Source: Clostridia bacterium
GTDB taxonomy: Bacteria > Bacillota > Peptococcia > DRI-13 > UBA5745
Direction: 5' to 3'
NCBI GenBank assembly: GCA_018436095.1
Contig: JAHDMJ010000023.1
Coordinates: forward strand, 47 to 64,046
DNA: 64,000 nt
Shown one piece after another: positions 30,608 to 41,233 of this stretch; the stretch's first letter is position 1, and each line of letters begins with the position of its first letter. The notes under the pieces were generated by a model. That model worked only from the letters and a program-made list of their open reading frames with translations. It was not told the origin of the DNA and did no database searches. Made by a program: the position numbers and the translations under genes.

Positions 30608-31641
30608 TGATGAAAAATAATGATAATCCGCAAGGCTACAGCTTAATGTTTGTTATTGTTAATCAAGGCAAGGGCAGCAAAATTCTCCAGGCTATCTCCG
30701 AAATGGGCATCTGCGGGGCGGCTGCGTTTTATGGCCGGGGTACGGTACCCAATCATATCTTAAAGTTTCTCGAGTTGGCCGACGTTCGCAAAGAAGTGGT
30801 TATGGTAGCTATGTCCTCCAGTGATGAACAAAAAATAGTGAATGCCCTTATCGATAAGTTTTCCTTGAACCGCCCTAACAAAGGCATTATATTCACTCTT
30901 CCCCTCTCCGCTGTTTATGGCCGTGGTCATCATTACCAGGGGCCGGCCTTTTGCCCCAGGGAAGGCACCCCCTGGCAGGCTGTAATGACGATTGTGGATA
31001 AAGGCAATACCGATAAAATCCTGGATTATGTTGACGATCACGGCTTTCCCCGGGGTACCGTCATTGACGCCCATGGCTCCGCCGATAAATCCAATAAGTT
31101 CTTCAATTTAATGTTTGAATCGGAAAAAGACCTGCTGCTGATGATTACCCCCCGGGAGCAAGCTTCTCCCCTGGCCGATCTTCTTACGGACCATCTTAAC
31201 TTAAACCAGCCCAACAGCGGCATCCTTGCTTTATTTAATCTGCATCAAGCTGCCGGCATCACCTTGCCCTCACAAGAAGAAAGGAGCTTTACCCCGGGCC
31301 CCATCAAAGGCTGCGGCGGTTACTCCGCCATTTTTATCATTATTGAAAACGACAAAGACGAGGCCGTCATCCAAAGCGCCGAGAGGGCCGGTTCTACCGG
31401 CGGCACCATCATCCATGCCCGCAGTATTTGCTCCTATTACGGGAAAAATTTCCTCTCCCACGGCGTTGAGGAGGAGCGGGAAATTATCTTCATTATCGCC
31501 GAGGATGAGAAAACTCAAGCCATCTCTCAGAGGGTCAGCGATGATTTAGGATTGGGTCCTGAGGGAACGGGAAAAGGCATCATTTTGGTAGCCCCCCTGT
31601 GCAGTGTCATCGGCCTGGCCCCCGAAATCATTGACAAATAA
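30604..31641 (+). CDS. P-II-like protein with three tandem domains
   Basis: Three repeats of 'IVxxG...G(GT)xxxxxG...E(K/R)E...GI(I/L)'; overlaps the DUF1538 stop. Confidence 0.8.
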   Translation: MMMKNNDNPQGYSLMFVIVNQGKGSKILQAISEMGICGAAAFYGRGTVPNHILKFLELADVRKEVVMVAMSSSDEQKIVNALIDKFSLNRPNKGIIFTLPLSAVYGRGHHYQGPAFCPREGTPWQAVMTIVDKGNTDKILDYVDDHGFPRGTVIDAHGSADKSNKFFNLMFESEKDLLLMITPREQASPLADLLTDHLNLNQPNSGILALFNLHQAAGITLPSQEERSFTPGPIKGCGGYSAIFIIIENDKDEAVIQSAERAGSTGGTIIHARSICSYYGKNFLSHGVEEEREIIFIIAEDEKTQAISQRVSDDLGLGPEGTGKGIILVAPLCSVIGLAPEIIDK

Positions 31642-31686
31642 CCAGCCATAGGATATAGTTTATTTATTAGCACTGAATCCTAATAA
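31631..31686 (+). promoter_or_regulatory. Sigma-A promoter with downstream inverted repeat
   Basis: TTGACA-17 bp-TATAGT, then TTATTAG-N9-CTAATAA over the predicted +1 region. Confidence 0.6.
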
Positions 31687-31705
31687 GAAAAAAAGAGGTA
31701 CATTT

Positions 31706-31996
31706 ATGCATTGGTCCGGACTCCTGATAGGTCTGCTTTCTTTCCTTATTATCGGTATATTTCATCCCATCGTCATCAAATGTGAATATTACTTTACCTG
31801 GCGTATCTGGCCGGTTTTTCTTATTGGCGGTTTGATCTTTTGTATTGCCTCCCTGTTTGTCGCCCATACCGTTTTATCCGGCGCCCTTGCCGTGCTAGGC
31901 TTTACCATGCTTTGGTCGATTCATGAACTGAAAGAGCAGGATCAGCGGGTGAAGAAAGGCTGGTTTCCTGCCAACCCCAACCGCAAAAAACAATGA
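31706..31996 (+). CDS. DUF4491 family membrane protein
   Basis: IGIFHPIVIKCEYYF...WSIHELKEQ..RVKKGWFPANP. Confidence 0.85.
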   Translation: MHWSGLLIGLLSFLIIGIFHPIVIKCEYYFTWRIWPVFLIGGLIFCIASLFVAHTVLSGALAVLGFTMLWSIHELKEQDQRVKKGWFPANPNRKKQ

Positions 31997-32011
31997 GGTG
32001 AGATCGTTTTT

Positions 32012-32389
32012 ATGCGTATACGTGTAATCTTCCTGACTGCCGCCGGCTTGCTCCTTTTTGCCTTGGGTTTTATCGGTATATTTCTGCCGGTCTGGCCCAC
32101 CACCCCCTTCGTGCTGGCAGGAGCCGCCTGCCTGACGGGCACCCCAAAGCTGCGGGCCAGAATCCTGCGTATTTCCTTTTTTCGGGAGTATATCGAAAAC
32201 TACGAAAGCCGCCAGGGTCTCTCCCGCAAAACAGTGATCAAAAGCCTGACTTTCTTATGGGCGATGCTTATTTTCTCTATGGTCAGAATGAACCGCCTGC
32301 CTTTAACGCTCCTTCTGACTTTGATCGGTATTTGCGTGACAGCACATATCTTATGGATCGCCAGACCCAAAGAGGGCTCTGCAAAATGA
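32012..32389 (+). CDS. YbaN/DUF454 family membrane protein
   Basis: LGFIGIFLPVWPTTPF motif. Confidence 0.88.
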   Translation: MRIRVIFLTAAGLLLFALGFIGIFLPVWPTTPFVLAGAACLTGTPKLRARILRISFFREYIENYESRQGLSRKTVIKSLTFLWAMLIFSMVRMNRLPLTLLLTLIGICVTAHILWIARPKEGSAK

Positions 32390-33075
32390 AGCAACAAAAA
32401 CGTGTCTTTGGCTGGATCGAAGCAATCTTTGATATTCTTTATCTGTTGACCGCCGCTGCTATCGGACTTTGGCTTATGTTTGGGCCCGAAGCCGGCGGGG
32501 CAGTATCAGCGGCGCCCTCACCTCCGGCAGTACGCCTGCTGGCCGGCAGCGCAGCTCTGGTGCTGGCCATCGGCGACGCCTTTCATCTGCTGCCCCGGAT
32601 CGCCGCCATCCTGACCCGGCGGGAGCAGACCCTGGCCAAGGCTATGGGCTTTGGCAAACTGGTCACTTCCATTACCATGACCTTTTTCTATCTGCTCTTG
32701 TGGCAACTGGGCTTGAGGCTATTTTCCCCAGACTTGCAGCCCGGCTGGTCTCTTTTGATTTACGGTCTTGGAGCCCTGCGTATTCTGCTTTGTCTTTTCC
32801 CTCAAAACCGCTGGCTGGACCGCCATCCTCCCCTCCGCTGGGGCATTTACCGCAATATTCCTTTTCTTCTTATCGGCCTGGGGGTAGCGGCTCTCTTTGC
32901 TGCCCACAGAGGCTTGGTACCAGCCGCAGACGGCATGGGGCCAGCCATCCTCCTGAGCTTCATCTTCTACCTTCCCGTAGTGCTCTGGGCCGATAAAAAA
33001 CCAAAGCTGGGCATGCTGATGCTGCCCAAGACCTGTGCTTATCTCTGGATATTGTTTATGTTCCTGTCCTTTTAA
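32386..33075 (+). CDS. Conserved hypothetical multi-pass membrane protein
   Basis: GDAFHLLPRI, GKLVTSITMT, RNIPF, MLMLPKT; ATGA overlap with the upstream gene. Confidence 0.7.
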   Translation: MKQQKRVFGWIEAIFDILYLLTAAAIGLWLMFGPEAGGAVSAAPSPPAVRLLAGSAALVLAIGDAFHLLPRIAAILTRREQTLAKAMGFGKLVTSITMTFFYLLLWQLGLRLFSPDLQPGWSLLIYGLGALRILLCLFPQNRWLDRHPPLRWGIYRNIPFLLIGLGVAALFAAHRGLVPAADGMGPAILLSFIFYLPVVLWADKKPKLGMLMLPKTCAYLWILFMFLSF

Positions 33076-33132
33076 ATCAAGAGCGTATAAATACGCCATT
33101 GATCATATACGAAAACAGAAAGGAGCGAAGCT

Positions 33133-34647
33133 ATGGAAAATTACAAAAAATTAACAAACGAAGTAGGCGCACCGGTTCCCGATAATGAAAACGCCATTAC
33201 TGCCGGCCCCCGGGGTCCCGTGGTGATGCAGGATGTCTGGCTTTTAGAAAAAATGGCCCATTTCAACCGGGAGGTCATCCCCGAACGCCGTATGCATGCT
33301 AAAGGCTGGGGCGCCTACGGTAATTTCACCGTTACCGGCGACATCTCCCAATATACTAAGGCGAAGGTTTTACAACCCGGCGCTAAAACCGACATTTTCG
33401 TCCGCTTCTCCACCGTTGCCGGCGAAAGAGGCGCTGCCGACTGCGAGCGGGATATCCGGGGCTTTGCCTGCAAATTCTACACCGAAGAGGGCAACTGGGA
33501 TTTAGTAGGCAACAACACCCCCACCTTCTTCATTCGGGACGTCCATAACTTCTCCGATTTAAACAGGGCTGTTAAGCGGGATCCCCACACGGGCCGCCGC
33601 TCTGCCCAAAACAACTGGGACTTCTGGACCCTCTTGCCCGAAACCTTCCATCAGCGGACCATCGTCATGTCCGACCGGGGCATTCCCGCCTCCTTCCGCC
33701 ACATGCATGTCTTCGGCGAGCATACCTTCAGCTTTTATAATGCCAAGAATGAACGGGTATGGTGCAAATTCCATCTGCATACCCAGCAGGGTATTAAAAA
33801 CCTGACCAATGAAGAGGCCGCCAAAATCAACGGCATGGACCGGGAATACCACGGCAAGGATCTCTTTGAAGCCATTGAGCGCAAGGAATATCCCCGCTGG
33901 ACCATGTACGTACAGATCATGACCGAGGAACAGGCGAAGAATCATTATGAAAATCCCTTTGATATTACGAAGATTTGGCGCCATAAAGAATTCCCCCTCA
34001 TCGAAGTGGGCGTGCTGGAACTGAACCGCAATCCCGGGAACTACTTTGCCGAGGTAGAGCAATCCGCTTTCACTCCCGCTCATGTGGTACCCGGCATCGG
34101 CTTTTCTCCCGACCGTTTCCTTCAGGGCCGGCTCTTTGCCTATGGCGATGCCCAGCGCTACCGTTTGGGTGTAAATCATAACCACATTCCGGTGAACCGG
34201 GCCAAGGTAGAGGTCAACGAATACCACCGGGACGGCGCCATGCGCACAGACGGCAACTACGGCGCTGCACCGGCCTATTCCCCCAACAGCTACGGCTATT
34301 GGACTGCTCAGCCGGAAGTGGCGGAGCCTCCTCTGGAAATCGAAGGGGCCATGTGGCGCTACGATCCCAAGGATGATCCTACGGATGATAATTTCCGGGC
34401 CGGCGGCGATCTCTGGCGGATTTTGGCCGAGGATAAAAAGCAGCTGCTCATCGAAAACACTGCCGCCGATATTGCTCCCGTCACCAAAAACATTAAATAC
34501 CGCCATGCAGTCCATTGCTATCTGGCCGACGAAGAATACGGCCGCCGGATGATTGAGGCTTTGGATCTTTGTCCGGACAAAGTAAAAGAGCTGGCCAAAC
34601 TGGACAATAAAGGCCTGATTGAAGCCACCCTTTCTCACGATATGTAA
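33133..34647 (+). CDS. katA: Monofunctional heme catalase
   Basis: [48 protein letters not shown]. Confidence 0.96.
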   Translation: MENYKKLTNEVGAPVPDNENAITAGPRGPVVMQDVWLLEKMAHFNREVIPERRMHAKGWGAYGNFTVTGDISQYTKAKVLQPGAKTDIFVRFSTVAGERGAADCERDIRGFACKFYTEEGNWDLVGNNTPTFFIRDVHNFSDLNRAVKRDPHTGRRSAQNNWDFWTLLPETFHQRTIVMSDRGIPASFRHMHVFGEHTFSFYNAKNERVWCKFHLHTQQGIKNLTNEEAAKINGMDREYHGKDLFEAIERKEYPRWTMYVQIMTEEQAKNHYENPFDITKIWRHKEFPLIEVGVLELNRNPGNYFAEVEQSAFTPAHVVPGIGFSPDRFLQGRLFAYGDAQRYRLGVNHNHIPVNRAKVEVNEYHRDGAMRTDGNYGAAPAYSPNSYGYWTAQPEVAEPPLEIEGAMWRYDPKDDPTDDNFRAGGDLWRILAEDKKQLLIENTAADIAPVTKNIKYRHAVHCYLADEEYGRRMIEALDLCPDKVKELAKLDNKGLIEATLSHDM

Positions 34648-34665
34648 TAAGCCCTGGTTATCGGA

Positions 34666-34699
34666 GGCTGCCGCACCAATTGATTGCGGCAGCCTTTTT
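34666..34699 (+). terminator. Catalase operon terminator
   Basis: AGGCTGCCGCA...TGCGGCAGCCT followed by Ts. Confidence 0.8.
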
Positions 34700-34815
34700 G
34701 TTTGTTTTTCCCATAAACTTATTGATTATGATAGGCATATTGCTTCTGTAATTTGTAAAAAGTATAGGGAAATAAGCATTTGGTTTCCCTAATTTTATAA
34801 AAAGGAAGTGCCGCT

Positions 34816-36750
34816 ATGGAATTCTCTATGCTCTGTTCCCCTTTTAACATTGGCCAACTGCCAATAAAAAACCGTTTTATTGTACCTCCCATGGGAACGA
34901 ATTACGCCAACGCCGACGGTACGGTGTCACAACAGCTTATCGATTATTATGTTGCCCGGGCCAAAGGCGGCTTTGGCCTGATTATTGTGGAGGTTACGGC
35001 AGTTGACCCTTTAGGCAAAGCGATTATTTACGAAGCCGGCCTATGGGAAGACAACCAGATCGAGGGCTGGACAAAATTAGTCAAAGCCGTTCACGATGCG
35101 GGAGCTAAAATTTTTATGCAGCTCCATCATGCCGGCCGTCAAACATCTCCTCCTTATATTGGCGGCAAGCAGCCCGTTGCCCCTTCCCCTATAGCTTGCC
35201 CCCTTTTGGGTTCCATGCCTCATGAGCTGACCAATGATGAAGCATGGCGGATCATTGGCCAGTTTGGCGACGCAGCCTTCAGAGCCCAAAAAGCCGGCTT
35301 TGACGGTGTGGAAATCCATGGCGCCCACGGTTATCTGATTGCCCAATTTATGTCTCCCCATGCTAACAAACGGCTGGATGAGTTTGGCGGCGATTTTGCA
35401 GGCAGAATGAAATTTCCTTTGGAGATATTTAAGGATGTCAGGAAAAAATGCGGCTACAATTTCCCCATGACCTTCCGGTTTTCTTATGACGAAAAAGTCA
35501 ACGGCGGATTAACCACGGAGGATTCCACGGTTATTGCCAGGCTGGCAGAAGAGGCCGGCGTTGACGCTTTAAGCGTCTCCCTGGTAACTTATGCAAATAT
35601 GCAATGGCTGATTGCCCCTGCCGCCGTACCGCCGGGCTATAACCAATATGCCACAGAAATCATTAAAAAATCGGTAAATATTCCGGTATTCTGCGTAGGA
35701 CGTTTTAACAATTTCCCTATGGCCGAAGATGTGCTGAAAAATCAAAGGGCCGACGCTATTTGTTTTGGCCGGGAATCCTTAGCCGATCCGGAAATCCCTA
35801 ATAAAGTGAAAGAAGGCCGGCTTGAGGAAATCAGCCCTTGCATAGCCTGCCTGCAATCCTGTGTGGGCTATCTCTTTGATCCCAAAGTAAACAAAGTTTC
35901 CTGCCTGGTAAATCCCATAACGGGTCACGAAGGCCGTTATGATCTTAGTGAAACAGCAAATAAAAAGAAAGTCCTGATCATAGGAGCCGGGCCCGCCGGG
36001 CTGGAAGCGGCCTGGGTAGCGGCTAAACGTGGTCATCAAGTTACGGTTTACGAAAAAGAAAAGGCCGCCGGCGGCCAGTTTAGACTGGCGGCCATACCGC
36101 CTACAAAGCAGGAAATCCTGTATATGCTCAAATATTACATGACCATGGGAAAAAAATACGGCGTGGAATATAAGTTTGATACGGAAGCTGCAGAGGATGA
36201 TATCATCAAAGAAAAGCCCGACGTTGTGATTTTGGCTACGGGCAGTATACCCCAGTTGCCGGATATTCCGGGCATACACGAAAAGTCCTTTGTTTCCGTC
36301 CCGCAAATCCTGGACGGTCTTGTTTCTCCGGGCAAAAACGTGTTGATTGTGGGCGGCGGTATGTCCGGTGCGGAAACGGCGGATTTTCTGGGCGAGCATA
36401 ACCATGCGGTAACCATCGTCGATATGCTGCCCGAAATTGCTCAGGATGTGGAAAGCGGCGTCAGGGTATTTTTAATGGAACGTTTGGAAAAACACCGCAC
36501 CCGGATGATCACCAAGGCCAAAGTAAAACGCTTCTATACCGACGGCGTGCTGGTCAGCCAGGATGGAGCAGAAAAAGAGCTGCGGGGCTTTGACACCGTC
36601 GTATTATCTTTAGGCGTAAAATCTTATAATCCTCTTGAAGAGAAACTTCGCTCCAAAGTCAAAGAGCTATATGTCATCGGTGACGCCAAAGAAGCGGGAA
36701 AGGCAAATCAGGCCACAGAGGAAGGCCTTGCCATAGCTTTAAAAATATAG
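34816..36750 (+). CDS. NADH:flavin oxidoreductase (OYE TIM barrel + 4Fe-4S + FAD domains)
   Basis: QLHHAGRQ, EIHGAHGYL, CIACLQSC...C, GAGPAG, GGGMSG; substrate unknown. Confidence 0.9.
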   Translation: MEFSMLCSPFNIGQLPIKNRFIVPPMGTNYANADGTVSQQLIDYYVARAKGGFGLIIVEVTAVDPLGKAIIYEAGLWEDNQIEGWTKLVKAVHDAGAKIFMQLHHAGRQTSPPYIGGKQPVAPSPIACPLLGSMPHELTNDEAWRIIGQFGDAAFRAQKAGFDGVEIHGAHGYLIAQFMSPHANKRLDEFGGDFAGRMKFPLEIFKDVRKKCGYNFPMTFRFSYDEKVNGGLTTEDSTVIARLAEEAGVDALSVSLVTYANMQWLIAPAAVPPGYNQYATEIIKKSVNIPVFCVGRFNNFPMAEDVLKNQRADAICFGRESLADPEIPNKVKEGRLEEISPCIACLQSCVGYLFDPKVNKVSCLVNPITGHEGRYDLSETANKKKVLIIGAGPAGLEAAWVAAKRGHQVTVYEKEKAAGGQFRLAAIPPTKQEILYMLKYYMTMGKKYGVEYKFDTEAAEDDIIKEKPDVVILATGSIPQLPDIPGIHEKSFVSVPQILDGLVSPGKNVLIVGGGMSGAETADFLGEHNHAVTIVDMLPEIAQDVESGVRVFLMERLEKHRTRMITKAKVKRFYTDGVLVSQDGAEKELRGFDTVVLSLGVKSYNPLEEKLRSKVKELYVIGDAKEAGKANQATEEGLAIALKI

Positions 36751-36779
36751 GCGGAGGGGTAAATTCTAATAAATCCTGT

Positions 36780-36814
36780 GCAGGGTGGATAATTAAGCTG
36801 TCCACCCTGCTTTT
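36780..36814 (+). terminator. Intrinsic terminator
   Basis: GCAGGGTGGA...TCCACCCTGC followed by TTTT. Confidence 0.75.
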
Positions 36815-36938
36815 ATTATGCGGTCAAGTCTGTCCTTGGGTAGAACGCCTGATTGTTTATTACCTCCCTTGATCTATGTATAAAAATTTTATAATATATA
36901 TTAAAAGCAAATAAAAAAATGCTGAAAAGAGGAACATT

Positions 36939-37637
36939 ATGACCAAGGGTGCAACTATCCTCATTGTGGATGATGATCCGGAAATTAGAGAAATCGTTCA
37001 TATTTTGCTGTATCGCAAAGGCTTTATTGTAAGGGAAGCACCTGATGCAGATAGGGCTCTGATCATGCTCAAAGAGCCTGTGGATTTGATTATATTGGAT
37101 ATTATGATGCCGGGCCGATCCGGTTTGGAGTTGTGTACGGAAATTCGGAAAGCTGCAACGACTCCGATTCTGTTTTTATCGGCCAAAACACAGGATCGGG
37201 ATAAAGCGGAAAGCTTTTTGCGAGGCGGAGATGATTATCTGGTTAAGCCCTTTTCCTCTATTGAGCTGGTGTCAAGAGTACATGCGCTTCTTCGCAGGTG
37301 CCTGATCTATCAAAAAAAACCGGATACCGTCGTAAAGAATGTCATCAAAACAAGAGAACTGCATGTGGATTTTGATACTGGAGCTGTTTTTCTTAGAGGG
37401 CAAAAGATCATTTTGACCAGTATCGAATATCAGGTTCTGCAACTACTCCTGCAAAACCGCAAAAAGATATTCTCTGCCCGTGAGATTTATGAGCATGTTT
37501 GGCAAGAACCCTTTCTGCCCCTGTCTAATAACACAGTTATGGTACATATTAAAAACCTTAGAAAAAAGCTGGAAGAGGATTTAGGACATCCCCAGTATAT
37601 CCGCACAGCCTGGGGAAAGGGGTATTACATTGAGTAG
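36939..37637 (+). CDS. OmpR-family response regulator
   Basis: IVDDD, LDIMMP, KPF receiver; VMVHIKNLRKK, WGKGY winged helix. Confidence 0.93.
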   Translation: MTKGATILIVDDDPEIREIVHILLYRKGFIVREAPDADRALIMLKEPVDLIILDIMMPGRSGLELCTEIRKAATTPILFLSAKTQDRDKAESFLRGGDDYLVKPFSSIELVSRVHALLRRCLIYQKKPDTVVKNVIKTRELHVDFDTGAVFLRGQKIILTSIEYQVLQLLLQNRKKIFSAREIYEHVWQEPFLPLSNNTVMVHIKNLRKKLEEDLGHPQYIRTAWGKGYYIE

Positions 37638-38937
37638 TATAAAGAATGAGCATCGGCTCGCCCATAAACTGATTCTTTCCGTCATTGCCGCCTTTCTTGT
37701 TTCCGCCGCTTTTTTCCTGGTCCTGCAGAACACAGCTCGCAATATGATCCGCAGCTATTGTGCAAGACCTGAAGTAATTGCGGCGCATCTTGAAAAAAAA
37801 GCGGACAGTCTACAGCATTACATTAAAGACCACAACATATCCATTTCAGGGATTCTTGAGCTGGATGGCTGGGTAGCAAGAGAAGATTTGACTACGGTTG
37901 CGGTTTATTACGATGATAAGCTGTTATACAGCTCCTATATGGTATTTCCAAATTTTTCGCTTAAAAGCAAAACCCCATATGAAAGCTTATCTCTGAATAA
38001 CAGCTACACGCTGACTTTTTGCGATGGAGAAGCTCTGGTTTTCATTAGTGATTTATTTGCTCATCGATATACGGACTATGCAACTTACCTTAATCTGGTT
38101 ATATTTTTCCTGTGCTTTATTATCATTATGATTTTATTGATCAGCAAAAAGGTGGCATACATCAATACCCTGGAGCAGGAAATCCAGGTCTTGGAAGGCG
38201 GAAATTTGAATTACGCAATCACCATAAAAGGAAACGATGAGCTGGCTTCTTTAGCTCTGGAAATAGATGAAATGCGCAGAGCTTTTATCGCAAGAGAACA
38301 ATATGCCGACCGCATGAGAGCTGCCGGCAACGAACTGATGACCGGGATCTCTCACGATTTGCGAACGCCGCTCACGGCTTTGATCGGATATCTGGAGGTA
38401 ATGGAAGGCGAAGAGGTGCCAACGAAGCAAAGCCCTTTTTTGCAAAAATGCAAAAATCGGGCTTTCCAAATTAACGGTTTGATCAATGATCTGTTCGAAT
38501 ATTTTTTTGTATCCACAAGCGGAGACGAACAGCTGCAGCTCGGTACTTATGCGGCCCGGGAAGCGCTAAACGAGATTATCAGAGATTATGCGTTTTTAAT
38601 GGAGCGGAGTGGCTTTACGGTTATCAACCATATTGAGCTGCCACCCGGCTCCATAAAAGTTGACGGTGATATGATCCAGCGGGTATTTGATAACCTGCTT
38701 TCCAACATTCGAAGGTATGCTGATCCTGCCCATCCAGTCCGATTGGAAAGCATTTTTCAATGCCATGAGCTGCTGCTTATCATACATAATCGCATTCTGG
38801 ATTATCCTGAAACTGTACGGCATACCGGCCTGGGGTTGAAAACTTGCGAGAAAATGATGTCGTTGCAAGGAGGGCGGTTTATTTACGGGCATCAGGATGG
38901 TTGCTATACCGTACAGCTTGGCTTTACCCTTATTTGA
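37630..38937 (+). CDS. Sensor histidine kinase (HAMP-HisKA-HATPase)
   Basis: Two TM helices, GNDEL, ISHDLRTPLT, NLLSNI, GLGL. Confidence 0.9.
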   Translation: MSSIKNEHRLAHKLILSVIAAFLVSAAFFLVLQNTARNMIRSYCARPEVIAAHLEKKADSLQHYIKDHNISISGILELDGWVAREDLTTVAVYYDDKLLYSSYMVFPNFSLKSKTPYESLSLNNSYTLTFCDGEALVFISDLFAHRYTDYATYLNLVIFFLCFIIIMILLISKKVAYINTLEQEIQVLEGGNLNYAITIKGNDELASLALEIDEMRRAFIAREQYADRMRAAGNELMTGISHDLRTPLTALIGYLEVMEGEEVPTKQSPFLQKCKNRAFQINGLINDLFEYFFVSTSGDEQLQLGTYAAREALNEIIRDYAFLMERSGFTVINHIELPPGSIKVDGDMIQRVFDNLLSNIRRYADPAHPVRLESIFQCHELLLIIHNRILDYPETVRHTGLGLKTCEKMMSLQGGRFIYGHQDGCYTVQLGFTLI

Positions 38938-38961
38938 TTCTCCAGTGAAAAACATTCTTTT

Positions 38962-39564
38962 TCAGCTCTGGCCTACTGCATATATTCGGTCACAAATACG
39001 GTGCAGCAGGCTCTTTTCGTGGCTGACCACGATCAATCCAAGATTTCGGCCTTGGCATATTTTGAGGAGGCTGTGCCAAATCTTGGCCTGTGTTATGGCA
39101 TCAAGCATCGTCGTCATCTCGTCGGCTATCAGATACTTTGTTTCGGGGTTCAGGGCTCGGGCAATGCAGAATCTTTGCAGTTCCCCACCCGAAAGCTCAA
39201 TTGGCCATCGATTCATCCATTCCTCCCGAATTTCAAAGGCATCTAAAATATCTTGGGAGGGGATATACGATTCTGTCAGTATCTCGTACATACGCCACTT
39301 AGGATCAACAGCTTTTTCCGGATGCTGGTAAATAAGCTGTACCGGACGGAATTTACGCTGCCGGAAAACGTTGTTATCCAGTAGGACACGCCCCTCAAGG
39401 GGAGGCATATACCCTGCCAATATTCGGGCTAGGGTGGTTTTTCCGCAGCCGCTATAACCGGACAGACCCAGCACCTCGCCGGGTTCCACTGAAATATTGA
39501 TATCTTTAAAGACCCACTGTTCTTTCTGGTAATAGAAACCTAGGCCTTCACCAATCAAGGGCAT
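38962..39564 (-). CDS. Peptide/nickel ABC transporter ATPase
   Basis: GYSGCGKTT, LSGGE, LIADE. Confidence 0.9.
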   Translation of the reverse strand: MPLIGEGLGFYYQKEQWVFKDINISVEPGEVLGLSGYSGCGKTTLARILAGYMPPLEGRVLLDNNVFRQRKFRPVQLIYQHPEKAVDPKWRMYEILTESYIPSQDILDAFEIREEWMNRWPIELSGGELQRFCIARALNPETKYLIADEMTTMLDAITQAKIWHSLLKICQGRNLGLIVVSHEKSLLHRICDRIYAVGQS

Positions 39565-40388
39565 AATTCGGTTCCTCCTTCCGCTCTAAACTCCAAATCA
39601 AAATCATTTTGTGGCAGGGCTCTCCATAATCTGCGGGTATAATCGGTTTGCAGGCCTTCACCCTTTCCCTCAAATGCCGAAGCCTCGGATATTTCAACAG
39701 TACGCCCGTCTTTAATTACGGCCATGCGATCTGCGATTTCCAACGCCGACATGATATCATGAGTGATCAGCATAACTCCCGCCCCCGCATCAGCGAATTT
39801 TTTAAGCTGTTTCAAAATTTCCGATAACGCCTGGGGATGGATGCCGGGCGTAGGCTCGTCAGCGATGACCAAGCGCACGCCTTCACGTACGCTGGTGGCG
39901 AATAGTACACGGCGCAGCATACCTCCGGAAAGTTCATAAGGAAATAGGTTGCTGGTATTTTCCTGCAAATCGTACTGGCAAAACAGTTCCTGCTGTTTTT
40001 TCTTAGCCTGACTTTTTTCCAGTCCAATCTGTACCTGCTTACCTACAGGCATAAGCGGATCCAAATAGTTGACGGACTGCGGAATGAAAGAGATTTCCTT
40101 GCCGCGCAGTTGAATTTTACGTTCATCAGTCAGTTCCTCTCCGCAGTACATAATTTGTCCCTTGCAGATGGCATTTCCAGGCAGTATGCCAAGTACCGCA
40201 TGGGCAAGCAGGCTTTTACCTGAACCGCTTGCGCCTACTACAGCCACGATTTCCCCTTCGTGTATATCTACGTGCAGATCTGCAATCGGTTTAATCGTAC
40301 GTTTCTGTGTTCCTTTAAAATATTGTGTAAAACCGATCTCCAGTTTTTTCACCTCTAAAAGCGGTGTTTTTTCTGTCCGATTCATCAT
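39555..40388 (-). CDS. Peptide/nickel ABC transporter ATPase
   Basis: GASGSGKS, LSGGM, IADEPT. Confidence 0.9.
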   Translation of the reverse strand: MMNRTEKTPLLEVKKLEIGFTQYFKGTQKRTIKPIADLHVDIHEGEIVAVVGASGSGKSLLAHAVLGILPGNAICKGQIMYCGEELTDERKIQLRGKEISFIPQSVNYLDPLMPVGKQVQIGLEKSQAKKKQQELFCQYDLQENTSNLFPYELSGGMLRRVLFATSVREGVRLVIADEPTPGIHPQALSEILKQLKKFADAGAGVMLITHDIMSALEIADRMAVIKDGRTVEISEASAFEGKGEGLQTDYTRRLWRALPQNDFDLEFRAEGGTELCP

Positions 40389-40395
40389 AATCCCC

Positions 40396-41232
40396 CTATT
40401 CATTGGAACTCGTAGGCTCCATCATGATACGGAGCTGCTCGCCGATATTATCAAAGCTCTTGATTACGATTACCAGTAAAAGCCCGGGAAAGAGGACCAG
40501 CCACCACTTTCCTGTAGAAATATGGTTCATTGCCTCCGAAAGAATGATGCCGATGGCCGGAGTCTGGGGAGACAGGCCGAACCCCAAAAAAGTCAGCGCC
40601 GCTTCATGCAGAATCACATGAGGAAACATTAGCAAAAACCCGATCATGATTTGCGGAAACACAGACGGCAAAATATGCTTACTGGCAATAAACCAGGCAG
40701 ATTTCCCATAGCTTCTGGAAATATGGATATATTCTGCATTTTGAAGCTGCAAAACCTCGGCCCGAACCACCCTTGCCAAAGACATCCAATGTGTGAAAGA
40801 GACGCCGAGAACGATGCCCCGGATGCCGCCTCCCGCAATAAAGGATATTAGAATCATAAACACAAGATGGGGCATTCCAATAAATAAATCTATAACCCAT
40901 GAGATTGCGTTGTCTACTTTCTTCCCGAAGATAGCCGCTCCGGTTCCCATTACCGTAGCGACAACTACGCTCATCATAGACGCAAATGCTCCAACTGCCA
41001 AAGACAGGCGCAGCCCTTTGATCGTTCTTGTCAGCATATCCCGCCCTAACCAGTCTGTTCCGAACAGGTGCTTTGAGCTTGGCGGCAGGTTTTTGCTTCC
41101 CGCGTTCAACCGAAGATTTGTGTCGCCGAGTATAAAACTAAGTATTAAAATGCTCAATAAAAGAATGGTAGAAAATGCCAGCATCCTGACCATTTTCTTT
41201 CTTGTATTCTGCTCCGGTTTCTTCTTGTCCAT
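40396..41232 (-). CDS. Peptide/nickel ABC permease (OppC/NikC-like)
   Basis: HLFGTDWLGRD, ARVVRAEV, HEAALTFLGFG. Confidence 0.9.
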   Translation of the reverse strand: MDKKKPEQNTRKKMVRMLAFSTILLLSILILSFILGDTNLRLNAGSKNLPPSSKHLFGTDWLGRDMLTRTIKGLRLSLAVGAFASMMSVVVATVMGTGAAIFGKKVDNAISWVIDLFIGMPHLVFMILISFIAGGGIRGIVLGVSFTHWMSLARVVRAEVLQLQNAEYIHISRSYGKSAWFIASKHILPSVFPQIMIGFLLMFPHVILHEAALTFLGFGLSPQTPAIGIILSEAMNHISTGKWWLVLFPGLLLVIVIKSFDNIGEQLRIMMEPTSSNE

Positions 41233-41233
41233 T

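Noticed and set aside
33559-34638. 359-aa antisense ORF, and similar ones at 1829-2698, 47261-48100, 49114-49944 and 58567-59475
   Set aside because: They fully overlap well-supported genes on the opposite strand.
34816-36750. Assigning the flavin oxidoreductase as BaiCD/BaiH or bilirubin reductase
   Set aside because: No bai operon context, and the active-site motif is generic HGAHGY rather than HGDR; substrate cannot be inferred.
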